From Opitutales bacterium (GTDB lineage Bacteria; Verrucomicrobiota; Verrucomicrobiia; Opitutales; UBA2987), in assembly GCA_965226885.1 (NCBI GenBank), contig CBDDEL010000011.1:128001-192000 (forward strand): DNA of 64,000 nucleotides, in the 5' to 3' direction. Both the position numbers and the translations under genes were made by a program. The first letter of the stretch is position 1. Each line of letters starts with the position of its first letter. This document shows, in pieces, positions 10,474-20,797 of this stretch. Under the pieces are notes generated by a model. That model saw only the letters and a list, made by a program, of their open reading frames with translations, did no database searches and was not told the origin of the DNA.

Positions 10474-11970
10474 ATGATTTCCGCTTTCGTCAACTGTCTT
10501 AAAATTCCCGAACTCAATGAACGCATTGGGCGCACGTTGCTGCTCTTGTTCATTGCCCGCATAGGAGCCAATATTCCGCTGCCAGGCCTGGACCCGGCCC
10601 CATTGCAAGAATTTTTCAGGGATCAAACATCGGCCGGTGGCGGATCGCTGGTCGGCCTATACAACATGTTCACCGGCGGCGCCCTGCTCAAAGGGGCTGT
10701 TTGCGCCTTGGGCATCATGCCCTATATCAGCGCCTCGATTATTTTCCAGATCATGACTCCGGTCGTGCCGGCCTTGGCCAGATTGCAGCAGGAAGGCGAT
10801 GTGGGCCGCCAGAAAGTGACTCAATACACCCGCTACGCCACTGTTGTGATATGCTTGATTCAGGCCAACCTGCTCATTTTGGCCCTGCAAAATCCCGGAC
10901 GCCTCTTTCGAGGTTTCAGCATAGTAGATTACGGTCCCATCGTTTTGCTCGACAACTGGACTTTCCTTATCACATCGATCATTTTTCTGACCACCGGCAC
11001 CGTATTGCTGATGTGGCTGGGCGAGCAAATTACCCAGCGAGGCATTGGCAATGGCATTTCGCTTTTAATCACGGCCGGCATCGTGTCCGATCTGCCCAAC
11101 GCGGCGGTAACCACCTTCAAAATGTTCAGCGCCCCGGTGGGCGTTCGGGGATTGGGCGCACCGGAGGGCGTGCTTATGATTGTGCTGCTCTTTTTGTGTA
11201 TTGCAGGGATCGTCTCCCTCACCCAGGCCCAGCGCAAGATACCCGTGCAATACGCCAAACGGGTGGTGGGGCGCAAGGTGTACGGAGGGCAGAGTTCCTT
11301 TTTGCCTTTGAAGGTTAATTATTCCGGTGTCATGCCGGTAATTTTTGCCAGCGCCATACTGCTCTTTTTCCAAATGATTTCCCAGCAGCTTGGAGCTATC
11401 AGCCAGATGGCCTTCATGTCCGATTTTGCCGCCGTCCTGCAACAGGGAAGCATGGGCTATTATATCATATTCGGAATGCTGATCCTCGGCTTCAGCTATT
11501 TTTGGGTATCCGTCATGTTCAAACCGCTGCAAATCGCCGATGATTTGAAAAAATACGGCGGATACATTCCGGGAGTGCGGCCAGGCGAACCGACCGCCAA
11601 ATTTCTCGACTTCGTCATGACCCGGCTGACCCTATTCGGAGCCATTGCTCTGACCGTAATCGCGGTTTTCCCGGACGGCCTTCTCTTTTATTTCAATGTC
11701 CCCTACCAAGTAGCGCAATTTTTCGGAGGCACCGGCATGCTCATCACGGTGGGCGTGCTGCTGGACACCCTTCGGCAAATCGAGACCTATTTGCTGCAAA
11801 GGCATTACGACGGCTTTCTGCGCAAAGGCCGCATCCGCGGGCGCAGCGCCGGACGAACGCGCCAACTGGTTGATGTGGGGGAAATCCGCGGCCAGGTAAT
11901 GTTCTGGAGATGGCTCGGCCTGGGAGTCTCCATCGGCATTATCTGCTGGATATTACAGGATTTTGTATAA
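10474..11970 (+). CDS. secY: Preprotein translocase subunit SecY, with C-terminal extension
   Basis: LGIMPYISASII, MWLGEQIT.RGIGNG, GVMPVIFA, GGYIPGVRPG, FGGT..LI.VGV. Confidence 0.98.
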   Translation: MISAFVNCLKIPELNERIGRTLLLLFIARIGANIPLPGLDPAPLQEFFRDQTSAGGGSLVGLYNMFTGGALLKGAVCALGIMPYISASIIFQIMTPVVPALARLQQEGDVGRQKVTQYTRYATVVICLIQANLLILALQNPGRLFRGFSIVDYGPIVLLDNWTFLITSIIFLTTGTVLLMWLGEQITQRGIGNGISLLITAGIVSDLPNAAVTTFKMFSAPVGVRGLGAPEGVLMIVLLFLCIAGIVSLTQAQRKIPVQYAKRVVGRKVYGGQSSFLPLKVNYSGVMPVIFASAILLFFQMISQQLGAISQMAFMSDFAAVLQQGSMGYYIIFGMLILGFSYFWVSVMFKPLQIADDLKKYGGYIPGVRPGEPTAKFLDFVMTRLTLFGAIALTVIAVFPDGLLFYFNVPYQVAQFFGGTGMLITVGVLLDTLRQIETYLLQRHYDGFLRKGRIRGRSAGRTRQLVDVGEIRGQVMFWRWLGLGVSIGIICWILQDFV

Positions 11971-12090
11971 ACAAAGACCATGGCGCCTGCGCCCCAATAC
12001 GACCCGTAAATTGGATGGCTTAACGCCTTCACTTTAACTTTATTTACAGTTCTCATATTCCCCGATTTTGAGTAATTTTTAAACGATCCC

Positions 12091-12858
12091 GTGATTCCCA
12101 TAAAAGCAGAGGAGGATATCCGTAAGATGCGCGAAGCCTGCCAAATTGCAGTTCGCGTCCTGGAAAAGCTATCCACCTACCTGGCCCCGGGAGTGAATAC
12201 CTACGATCTGGATCAAATCGGCAGGAAATTGATTGAAGGTTATGGGGCGGTCAGTACCGTTTACAATTACCGGGTCGGCAACCGCAGTTTTCCCGCCTAT
12301 ACATGCATATCCGTCAACGAGGAGATTGTCCACGGCATCGGGTCCATGAAACGCGTTTTGTGCGCGGGGGATAATGTTACCCTCGATGTCACGGTGACCT
12401 ATGACGGGTTTATCGGCGACAACGCGCGCACCTTTCTCATCGGCCAAGCCGAATCGGAGCTTGAAAACCTTGTCCGTTCCACCGAAATCGCTCTCTATCG
12501 CGGGATCGATCAAGCCCGGCCCGGCAAGCGGGTGGGAGACATTTCCCACGCCGTGCAGAAGTATATCGAAAGCATACCTTTTGCTATTGTGCGTGATTTT
12601 GTGGGGCACGGGATTGGCCGCGCCATGCACGAAGAACCGCAAATTCCCAACTTCGGTGGGCCGCGCACCGGCAAGAAACTTAAACCCGGCATGACTTTGG
12701 CCATTGAGCCTATGGTAAACATGGGCAGCGCCGATGTCGAGATGGCTTCGGACGGCTGGACCGCCCTCACTCGCGATGGAAAACCCTCCGCCCATTTTGA
12801 ACATACCGTCTTGATAACCGCCAATGGGCCGGAAATTTTAACTAAAGTAAAAAAATAG
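12091..12858 (+). CDS. map: Methionine aminopeptidase type I
   Basis: CISVNE..VHG, GHGIG..MHEEP, AIEPM, SAHFEHT. Confidence 0.97.
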   Translation: MIPIKAEEDIRKMREACQIAVRVLEKLSTYLAPGVNTYDLDQIGRKLIEGYGAVSTVYNYRVGNRSFPAYTCISVNEEIVHGIGSMKRVLCAGDNVTLDVTVTYDGFIGDNARTFLIGQAESELENLVRSTEIALYRGIDQARPGKRVGDISHAVQKYIESIPFAIVRDFVGHGIGRAMHEEPQIPNFGGPRTGKKLKPGMTLAIEPMVNMGSADVEMASDGWTALTRDGKPSAHFEHTVLITANGPEILTKVKK

Positions 12859-12938
12859 CTTTTCAAAACATAAATATTTGATACTTTCTGCCCTTTTCAC
12901 TTTTAAGTAAACTACCGCAACAAAGGAAAATACAATCC

Positions 12939-13313
12939 ATGCCACGCATTTTCGGAATCGATATCCCCGGTCAAAAAAAACTGCCCTATGCCCTACGCTA
13001 TATGTATGGCATCGGGCCGACCCGGGCCGACATTATTGTGGAGGCCACCGGCCTTGACCCCGACATGCGTTCGAAAGACCTCACGGAATCGGATATTAAC
13101 AAGTTGATGGCGGTCATAAATGAGAAACAGTACCGCATCGAAGGGGATTTGCGTCGCGAAAACATCTCCGATATGAAACGTTTGCAAGCCATCAATTGCT
13201 ACCGAGGACTACGCCACCGCCGGGGTCTGCCCGTAAGGGGCCAGCGCACCCAATGCAACGCCCGCACCCGCAAAGGCAAACGCAAGACGGTGGGTGTGAA
13301 GAGAAAGGCTTAA
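12939..13313 (+). CDS. rpsM: 30S ribosomal protein S13
   Basis: [29 protein letters not shown]. Confidence 0.98.
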   Translation: MPRIFGIDIPGQKKLPYALRYMYGIGPTRADIIVEATGLDPDMRSKDLTESDINKLMAVINEKQYRIEGDLRRENISDMKRLQAINCYRGLRHRRGLPVRGQRTQCNARTRKGKRKTVGVKRKA

Positions 13314-13340
13314 AACAAAGCCACTGGATTTTAAAATATA

Positions 13341-14543
13341 ATGAGCAAAGAAGAAAATAAACCCGAAGAGACAACGACTCCCGCATCCGAGGAGAAGCCT
13401 GCTGCTGCTCCAGAAAAGAGTCCTGAAAAGGCGGATGAGGCGGCTCCCAAAGCGGTGAAGAAGTCTGCGGATAAGAAAACCGAAGAAACTCCCGCATCCG
13501 ATGAGAAGCCTGCTGCTGCTCCAGAAAAGAGTCCGGAAAAGGCGGATGTGGCGGTTCCCAAAGCGGTGAAGAAGTCTGCGGATAAGAAAACCGAAGAAAC
13601 TCCCGCAACCGAGGAGAAGCCTGTTGCTGCTCCGGAAAAGAGTCCTGAAAAGGCGGATGAGGCGGCTCCCAAAGCGGTGAAGAAGTCCGAGGATAAGAAA
13701 ACCGAAGAAACTCCTGCATCCGAGGAGAAGCCTGCTGCGGCTCCGAAAAAGAGTTCTAAAAAGGCGGATGAAACGGTTCCCAAAGCGGTGAAGAAGTCTG
13801 CGGATAAGAAAACCGAAGAAACTCCTGCATCCGAGGAGAAGCCTGCTGCGGCTCCGAAAAAGAGTTCTAAAAAGGCGGATGAAACGGTTCCCAAAGCGGT
13901 GAAGAAGTCTGCGGATAAGAAAACCGAAGAAACTCCTGCATCCGAGGAGAAGCTTGCTGCGGCTCCGAAAAAGATTTCTAAAAAAACGGATGAAACGGCT
14001 CCCAAAACGGAGAAGAAGTCCGAGGATAAGAAATCCGAAGAAAAGAAACCAGCAGCGAAAAGCGCAGGCAAAGATGACACTTCGGTAGAAGATACGGGAA
14101 AACCGGCGGATGAAAAACCCAAGGAGGTCTCAGCCAAGGATCTTCTCAAAACGGATATCGGCGAAATCAAGATTCGCCGGGCCAAAGGGAGCAAGAATAT
14201 CACTACCGGAATCGTGCATATTTTGGCCACTTTCAATAATACCAAGGTGACCTTCAGCGACCGCAACGGGAATGTGATCTCGTGGTCCAGCGCCGGAAAA
14301 TGCGGTTTTCGGGGCTCCCGCAAATCGACCGCCTTCGCCGCCCAGGTCGTAACCCAGGATGCTGGCCGCACCGCCATGGGGCACGGCTTAAAGGAGGTCG
14401 AAGTGCGCGTAAAAGGCCCCGGTATGGGCCGCGACTCGGCCGTGCGGGCACTGCAATCACTGGGCTTGATCGTTGTCTCTCTGACGGATGTGACGCCCGT
14501 TCCCCACAATGGCTGCCGCCCCCCCAAACGTAGGCGCGTCTAA
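13341..14543 (+). CDS. rpsK: 30S ribosomal protein S11 with a ~275-aa repetitive N-terminal extension
   Basis: C-terminal ~120 aa is canonical uS11 ([39 protein letters not shown]); lies between rpsM and rpsD. Confidence 0.96.
   Translation: MSKEENKPEETTTPASEEKPAAAPEKSPEKADEAAPKAVKKSADKKTEETPASDEKPAAAPEKSPEKADVAVPKAVKKSADKKTEETPATEEKPVAAPEKSPEKADEAAPKAVKKSEDKKTEETPASEEKPAAAPKKSSKKADETVPKAVKKSADKKTEETPASEEKPAAAPKKSSKKADETVPKAVKKSADKKTEETPASEEKLAAAPKKISKKTDETAPKTEKKSEDKKSEEKKPAAKSAGKDDTSVEDTGKPADEKPKEVSAKDLLKTDIGEIKIRRAKGSKNITTGIVHILATFNNTKVTFSDRNGNVISWSSAGKCGFRGSRKSTAFAAQVVTQDAGRTAMGHGLKEVEVRVKGPGMGRDSAVRALQSLGLIVVSLTDVTPVPHNGCRPPKRRRV
13377..14042 (+). repeat. Six in-frame 111-bp (37-aa) tandem repeats within rpsK
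   Basis: Units start at 13377, 13488, 13599, 13710, 13821, 13932; consensus [12 protein letters not shown](E/K)KS(P/S)(E/K)KADE(A/T)(A/V)[14 protein letters not shown]. Confidence 0.97.
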
Positions 14544-14635
14544 CACGAACACACCCTTGTCCCTTGGATCGCGCCAATCAACAAATTTGACCACTTAGTT
14601 TAACTCAATTAATCCTTTTTCACTGAAATAGAATC

Positions 14636-15244
14636 ATGTCACGTTATACTGGACCGACCACACGAATGAATCGGAAATTCGGTATGGCCGTTTTCGCTCC
14701 CAGCAAGGCTTTTGAGCGGAGGCCATATCTTCCGGGGCAGCATGGGCAGCGCCACCGTCGCAAAGTAAGCGACTACGCAGTCGGCCTGCTCGAAAAACAG
14801 AAGCTTCGCTTCATGTACGGATTAACCGAAAAGCAATTCCGTCTGGCCTTCAAGCGTGCTAAAAAACGTCGTGGCGTGACCGGCGAAATTTTTCTGCAAA
14901 TTCTCGAAACCCGATTGGACAATGTCATTTACCTGCTCGGATTCGCCAAAACCAGGCCACAGGCCCGGCAGTTCGTCAACCATGGCCATATCAGAATTGA
15001 TGGGCATAAGGTGGATATATCCAGCTATCAGGTAACTGCCGGCGAAGAGATCGAAGTAAAAGCCGACACCTCTTCCCGCCAACTTGCAACTCGCTGCCTG
15101 GAAGAAACCCGCATGCGCACTTTGTCGGCCTGGCTGACGCGTAATGACGATGCCTTGAGGGCCAAAATCAATCGTCTGCCAGAGGCAAACGAAATCGAAC
15201 CGGGCGTCAATGTGCAGCTCATCGTTGAGTTTTACAGCCGGTAA
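14636..15244 (+). CDS. rpsD: 30S ribosomal protein S4
   Basis: MSRYTGP, PGQHG, LE.RLDN, ARQFV.HGH, IVEFYSR. Confidence 0.98.
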   Translation: MSRYTGPTTRMNRKFGMAVFAPSKAFERRPYLPGQHGQRHRRKVSDYAVGLLEKQKLRFMYGLTEKQFRLAFKRAKKRRGVTGEIFLQILETRLDNVIYLLGFAKTRPQARQFVNHGHIRIDGHKVDISSYQVTAGEEIEVKADTSSRQLATRCLEETRMRTLSAWLTRNDDALRAKINRLPEANEIEPGVNVQLIVEFYSR

Positions 15245-15361
15245 TAGGATTATAGAAAAGATTAAAATCAAACAATTTTCACTTGCCTCAAAATTTGTGC
15301 AACTGCCGGATTGACTGGGGAAAGTGAATGCAACGCTAAGTTAGTTAGTTAAATACTGAAG

Positions 15362-16363
15362 ATGCAAATTCGATTAGGAAAATTTGAACTGCCCAGGCGC
15401 CTTACAATTGAGGAAGAAGATGCCTCGCAAAATTATGCCAAATTCATTGCCGAGCCATTTGAAACGGGCTACGGCCACACCATCGGTAATTCGCTTCGCC
15501 GGGTCCTCCTCAGTTCCATCGAAGGAGCCGCCATCTCCTCCATTAAGATCGACGAGGTGGACCACGAATTCCAGAGCATCGATGGGGTGCTGGAAGATGT
15601 CACCGATATCGTCCTGAATCTGAAAAAGATTCTCATCAAGTCGCAAAAACGGGAAACCATCAAGCTCCTCATTGATGTGGAAAAAGAAGGAGCGGTGACA
15701 GCTGCGGATATTAAGGAGGACGCCAATATCGAAATCATAAACCCAGACCAGGTTATTTGCACGCTGGATAAGAAAAAAAGGTTTTTAGCCGAGCTTGAAA
15801 TAAAGGTTGGCCGCGGCTATTGCCAGGGAGAGGAAAATAAATCACCCGAACAACCCATCGGGGTCATTGCCATCGATTCACTTTTCAGCCCGGTCCGACT
15901 GGTCAAGTATGCGATTGAGAACACCCGTGTTGGCCAGATGACCGATTTCGACAGGCTCATCCTGGAAATCTGGACCGATGGGCGCATCACGGCGGAGGAA
16001 TCGCTCCGGCTATCGGCGGGCATCCTCAAACACCACCTTGATGTCTTCGATCAAATGAGCGATGTCCCGGTCGAGTTTGAGAGCGAGCAGGCGGAAGTGA
16101 GCGAGGAGCAGAACAAACTGCGCAAACTCCTCAACATGAGCGTGAACGAGATCGAATTATCGGTTCGCGCAGCCAATTGCCTGAACAACGCCAATATCAC
16201 GACGGTGGGCGAGCTGGCTATGAAAAGTGAGCAGGAAATGCTCAAATATCGAAATTTCGGAAAAAAATCCCTCAACGAAATTAAAGCCAAACTCGAGCAA
16301 TTGGGGCTTTCCCTGGGTATGAAAATCGACGAGCGCCTCCTCGATACGCGCTCTGATATTTAA
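15362..16363 (+). CDS. rpoA: DNA-directed RNA polymerase subunit alpha
   Basis: EPFE.GYG.T.GN.LRRVLLSSI, ELSVR..NCL, NFGKKSL.EI. Confidence 0.98.
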   Translation: MQIRLGKFELPRRLTIEEEDASQNYAKFIAEPFETGYGHTIGNSLRRVLLSSIEGAAISSIKIDEVDHEFQSIDGVLEDVTDIVLNLKKILIKSQKRETIKLLIDVEKEGAVTAADIKEDANIEIINPDQVICTLDKKKRFLAELEIKVGRGYCQGEENKSPEQPIGVIAIDSLFSPVRLVKYAIENTRVGQMTDFDRLILEIWTDGRITAEESLRLSAGILKHHLDVFDQMSDVPVEFESEQAEVSEEQNKLRKLLNMSVNEIELSVRAANCLNNANITTVGELAMKSEQEMLKYRNFGKKSLNEIKAKLEQLGLSLGMKIDERLLDTRSDI

Positions 16364-16393
16364 ACTAAATTTCATTTTTAAAAACCGGCAAAC

Positions 16394-17035
16394 ATGCGCC
16401 ATCGTAAACATAGTTTCCAGTTAGGGGTAAAAAAAGAGCATCGCTTGGCCCTCATGGCCAATCTGGCTGCGGCTTTGCTACAGCACGGTCGCATTCAGAC
16501 GACCCTGCCCAAAGCCAAAGCACTTCGCCCCTTTGTTGAAAAAATCATCACCTTGGCCAAAAAGGCAAAATCCGCCACCCCGGAGCGGGCTCTTCACTTG
16601 CGCCGTTTGGCCATGGCCAGGGTTCGCAATAAAACGGTGGTTCACAATCTTTTTGAGAAACGGGCTGACGAATTTTTGGATAGAAATGGCGGTTACACCC
16701 GCATTTACAAGTTGGGGACCAGAATAGGTGATGCGGCCGAAATGGCCTTGATCGAATTAATCGACGCCTCCGACGAAGGCTACAAAAAATCCTCCCGCCG
16801 GAAAAAATCTGGAAAACGGAAAACCACCGCCAGAGCCGCCAAGACAGTAGAAGAGACCACTGCCCCGGTAATGGAAGCGAAGAGTCCGGAAGTTGCGGTG
16901 GACATGGCCGAAGAGTCTGAACCCGCAATTGAGGTCGAGGCTGAGGCCGAAGATGCGCAAGTAGTCCAGGAAGATGGGGAAGATACCGCAGTTGAAGAAA
17001 AACCCTCCAATGACGAATCTGCCAAGGAAAGCTGA
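16394..17035 (+). CDS. rplQ: 50S ribosomal protein L17 with long acidic C-terminal tail
   Basis: MRHR, I.TT..KAK, R.GGYTRI.K, R.GD.A. Confidence 0.96.
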   Translation: MRHRKHSFQLGVKKEHRLALMANLAAALLQHGRIQTTLPKAKALRPFVEKIITLAKKAKSATPERALHLRRLAMARVRNKTVVHNLFEKRADEFLDRNGGYTRIYKLGTRIGDAAEMALIELIDASDEGYKKSSRRKKSGKRKTTARAAKTVEETTAPVMEAKSPEVAVDMAEESEPAIEVEAEAEDAQVVQEDGEDTAVEEKPSNDESAKES

Positions 17036-17127
17036 GCAAGTATTTTTGGTTGGCTGTGCGGAGATTTTAGTTTACAAAAGACGTTTCACTTAATTTCCGC
17101 TTTTTCAATAATTGAGCCATTGGCGCC

Positions 17128-17361
17128 TTGATCGTCATCGATTTTGAATCGTTTTTACTTTTTTCCATTTCGATAGGCCTGTTCATCGTAATGGCTCTCT
17201 GGTATTACTACGACCATCGGGAAAAACATCTCTACGAGGCGGAAAGATCCCAGGGGGTATTCCACTGCGTAAAGTGTGGGAAATTATACACCCATAAAAA
17301 ACTGAAAGGGACGGGAAATTGCCCCATATGTGGTTTTAGCAACGCCAGGTTGAGGTTTTAA
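17128..17361 (+). CDS. Small membrane-anchored zinc-ribbon protein (hypothetical)
   Basis: N-terminal hydrophobic helix; CVKC...CPIC. Confidence 0.6.
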   Translation: MIVIDFESFLLFSISIGLFIVMALWYYYDHREKHLYEAERSQGVFHCVKCGKLYTHKKLKGTGNCPICGFSNARLRF

Positions 17362-17507
17362 GTCGCGTTTGTCTGGGAACCTCACAATTTATTCCATTTT
17401 TCATAACCTGCGGTTTTGCGTTTTTGCATTTTGAATTTGAACACGATGCCGGTTTTGTGGTCTGGTAGAAGATCAGAAACAATTTTCCGCTTTTCATATT
17501 CATAACG

Positions 17508-18281
17508 ATGAAGACAATTAAGCCACCTATGAACAGATGGATTGTTTATTCGGTTTTTGCCGCACTGCTCCTCCCTTATTTGACCTCCTCCGCCACGGTT
17601 GACGAGATAATCGCCAAGGCCCGCCAGCACATCGGCAGCGAGGAGGCCCTCGATTCCATAAAATCGATCCATTTTAAGGGCAAATTCATTGCCACCAACC
17701 GGGGAACCGAAGGAACGATTGAAATCCTTTTTCAAAAACCATATCAACAGCGTCTGGATGTGTTCGAAGGAGAGTCCGTTTTAACCACCGCGCTCAATGG
17801 CTACGATGGATGGAACCGGCGATTTTCAACGACGAATCCCAAATCGTGGGATTTGGAAATTCTCAGCGCTGCCGACCTCAAGCGCATGCGGGCCAATGCC
17901 CACGACAACCTCTATTTTTATTCTGGCCTGGAAAAATTAAGGGGAAAAATTATCGATGAGGGTGTGAAAAACAAGGATGGCCGGGAAGCGCATGTGCTCG
18001 TTTTCCAATACCACGACACAATTTTTTACAAACGATATTTCGATGTCAAAACAGGAGACCTTATTGCAACCATTAACGACCAGGGGCTCGAAATCAAGGA
18101 AGTGGGCCAGATGGTGGTGGACGAAGTGCGTTTTCCCAAAAAGGTCGTTTCACTTATCGATGGCGAGATTGTGAATACAGTTGAATTCACCGAAATTATT
18201 CTCAATGAGGAATTTGACAATTCCTATTTCGATCTGCCCGATTTTGCTCCCCCCAAAGACACAGAAGCCCCGAAACCTTGA
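17508..18281 (+). CDS. Exported protein, possibly LolA-like / outer-membrane lipoprotein-sorting fold
   Basis: Signal peptide; 'EIIAKARQHIG.EEALDSIKS' N-terminus; beta-rich body ending 'N.EFDNSYFDLP'. Confidence 0.6.
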   Translation: MKTIKPPMNRWIVYSVFAALLLPYLTSSATVDEIIAKARQHIGSEEALDSIKSIHFKGKFIATNRGTEGTIEILFQKPYQQRLDVFEGESVLTTALNGYDGWNRRFSTTNPKSWDLEILSAADLKRMRANAHDNLYFYSGLEKLRGKIIDEGVKNKDGREAHVLVFQYHDTIFYKRYFDVKTGDLIATINDQGLEIKEVGQMVVDEVRFPKKVVSLIDGEIVNTVEFTEIILNEEFDNSYFDLPDFAPPKDTEAPKP

Positions 18282-18401
18282 TTTGAAGTTAGTTTGGCGG
18301 ATTGCCCCAGCCTGAATTATCAATTTTTTAGTTGAATAATTCAATTCAGCAAGGATTGATCGGAGACTGCCGATTGGCTTAATAACCTCTTTTCAAACGA
18401 T

Positions 18402-19697
18402 ATGCTATTGCTTCGCTATACGGATTCCGGATTTTCGGAAAAACTTGATGGCTTTTGCCGAAACGCTCGCGCAACGCCTGAGTTTCGAGATGAGGTCGCT
18501 CGAATACTGCAAGCCATTGAGCAAAATGGCGATGAGGCCATAATTGAATTTACAAACAAATTCGATGGCGTGCAGCTTTCGCCCGACCAGTTTAAAGTCG
18601 ATGTAGGGGAAATTAAAAAGGCTGCCGGGAGCCTGGGAAAAACGCTTAGCCGGGCAGTCAAAATCGCCATCCATTGCGTGGAGGATTTTCACCAGCGCAG
18701 TTTGCCCGTTTCCTGGAAAGACAAAAATCCGCACGGAGCGACGGTGGGAGAACAATTCTACCCGATCGAGAGGGTCGGCTTATACGTGCCGGGAGGAAAT
18801 GTCCCCCTCGTATCCACTGTGGTAATGACGGCTGCCCTGGCCCGTTTGGCCAAGGTGCCGGAAATCGCCGTATTTACTCCGCCGGGTCCCCAAGGCTCCG
18901 TCAATCCCGGACTATTGGCCGCTTTGCATTTTTGCGGTGTTGAGGAAGTTTACCGCATCGGGGGCATCCAGGCCATCGGGGCAATGGCTTTCGGAACGGC
19001 CACGGTTCCAGCCGTCAATAAAATATTCGGACCGGGCAATGCCTATGTAACCGAGGCCAAGCGACAGGTTTTCGGCATTGCCGGGGTGGACCTGCTGCCG
19101 GGTCCCAGCGAGGTCATGGTCATAGCCGATGCAAGCGCCAAACCCGCCTTTGTCGCCGCCGATCTGCTGGCGCAAGCCGAACACGGCTTGGGCGGCAGGA
19201 TTTTTCTCGTTGCCACCGACGATGAGATTATTACCGAAGTTGAAAAAGAAATGCGCAGGCAGGTTACGGAATTAACCCGGGCGCCCTTGATCCGATCGGT
19301 CTTAAAAACCGGTTTTTTGGCTATACGGGTTGACGACCTCAATCAGGCGGCCCGCTTGGTGGATAAATTGGCTCCCGAGCACCTCGAGCTGCAATTCGAG
19401 AAACGAATGCTCAATGGTTTCATTAAGAAAATTCGCCATGCCGGCGCTATATTTGTAGGCAGCCATTCACCCGTGGTGCTGGGAGATTTCACTGCCGGCC
19501 CCAGTCACACCCTGCCCACCGGCGGGACGGGGCGTTTTTTCAGCGGTCTCTCCGTGACCGATTTTTTCCGGCGCAGCAGCCTTGTGCAATACGGCCCTAA
19601 AAGCCTGGCCCTGGCCCGTCCGGTGGTGGAAGCCTTCAGCCAACTCGAACAACTCGACGCGCATGGCCGATCTCTGCAAATTCGATTCGAGAAATGA
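18402..19697 (+). CDS. hisD: Histidinol dehydrogenase
   Basis: GLYVPGG, GPGN.YV..AK, GPSE, DLLAQAEH, APEHLE, GPSHTLPT. Confidence 0.97.
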   Translation: MLLLRYTDSGFSEKLDGFCRNARATPEFRDEVARILQAIEQNGDEAIIEFTNKFDGVQLSPDQFKVDVGEIKKAAGSLGKTLSRAVKIAIHCVEDFHQRSLPVSWKDKNPHGATVGEQFYPIERVGLYVPGGNVPLVSTVVMTAALARLAKVPEIAVFTPPGPQGSVNPGLLAALHFCGVEEVYRIGGIQAIGAMAFGTATVPAVNKIFGPGNAYVTEAKRQVFGIAGVDLLPGPSEVMVIADASAKPAFVAADLLAQAEHGLGGRIFLVATDDEIITEVEKEMRRQVTELTRAPLIRSVLKTGFLAIRVDDLNQAARLVDKLAPEHLELQFEKRMLNGFIKKIRHAGAIFVGSHSPVVLGDFTAGPSHTLPTGGTGRFFSGLSVTDFFRRSSLVQYGPKSLALARPVVEAFSQLEQLDAHGRSLQIRFEK

Positions 19698-20797
19698 ATC
19701 GCCCCTCCGAATCCTTTCCCCAAGCCCTGCCTCATATTGAGGCGCTGGTTCCCTATACTCCCGGCCAGCAGCCCGAGGGAGACGGCTGGATAAAACTGAA
19801 TACCAACGAAAACCCCTATCCGCCCAGTCCCAGGGTGGCAGAAGCCATCCGGGCCGAGCTGCCGCGCCTGCCTCTCTACCCAAACCCGGTCAGCCGGGCT
19901 TTGCGTGAGGCCATCGCCGACTTTCACGGGCTGGAATCACAACAGGTTCTCATCGGTAATGGCTCGGACGATGTGCTCAACCTCTTATTTCGTTCCTTTT
20001 GCGACCGCAATGCGCCGGCCGGGATGCTGGAGCCGGGTTATTCCCTTTACCCCGTCCTGGCCGATATCCAGAATGCGCCCCTCATAAAAATTGAAGGAAA
20101 CCGGGAAATGATACTCGATCCCGAGAACCTATCCGCTTGCGGAGCTGCTGTTTTTTTTCTGACATCACCCAACGCACCAACCGGCATCGGTTATTCCCGG
20201 CGGCAAATTATTGAATTTTTGGACGGTTACGAGGGCCTGCTGGTGGTGGATGAGGCTTACGCGGCTTTTGCCCAGGAGGATGCCGTGCCCCTTCTCGGGA
20301 ATTACCCAAATTTGGTCATAACCCGCACTTTTTCCAAATCTTATGGCTTGGCGGGTCTCCGGGTAGGCTATGCGCTGGCAGCGCCCAAAATCATTCAAAT
20401 ACTCGATCGGGTTCGCGACAGCTACAATGTCAACCACCTCAGTCAAGCGGGAGCATTGACTGCCTTTCTGGACACAAGGTATTATGAGAATGTGATCGAA
20501 AAAATCAAAAATACCCGTGAGGAATTTCTGCGAAAACTAAAAAGACTCAACTGGTTTACCTATCCCACTCAGGCCAATTATCTGTTTACCGAGCCATGCC
20601 GATCGGGGGGCCGGGCCAGTGCCGAGACGGCCCGGGATTTATTTGAATTTTTGCAGGACCGTAAAATACTGGTTCGTTATATTGGAGGTAGCCCGTTGAC
20701 AGAGGGTTTTCTGCGAATCAGTGTGGGGACCGATAAACAAATGAAAATGCTCCTCGCAGCAATCGACCAATGGATGAAACGCGCTCAGCCCAAGTAA
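19694..20797 (+). CDS. hisC: Histidinol-phosphate aminotransferase
   Basis: [39 protein letters not shown]. Confidence 0.96.
   Translation: MNRPSESFPQALPHIEALVPYTPGQQPEGDGWIKLNTNENPYPPSPRVAEAIRAELPRLPLYPNPVSRALREAIADFHGLESQQVLIGNGSDDVLNLLFRSFCDRNAPAGMLEPGYSLYPVLADIQNAPLIKIEGNREMILDPENLSACGAAVFFLTSPNAPTGIGYSRRQIIEFLDGYEGLLVVDEAYAAFAQEDAVPLLGNYPNLVITRTFSKSYGLAGLRVGYALAAPKIIQILDRVRDSYNVNHLSQAGALTAFLDTRYYENVIEKIKNTREEFLRKLKRLNWFTYPTQANYLFTEPCRSGGRASAETARDLFEFLQDRKILVRYIGGSPLTEGFLRISVGTDKQMKMLLAAIDQWMKRAQPK

Noticed and set aside
13377..14042. CRISPR array or non-coding repeat
   Set aside because: Units are contiguous 111-bp in-frame coding repeats with no unique spacers, and no cas genes are present.
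13331..14527. 398-aa antisense ORF opposite rpsK
   Set aside because: Shadow of the repetitive, codon-biased sense frame; no recognisable motif.
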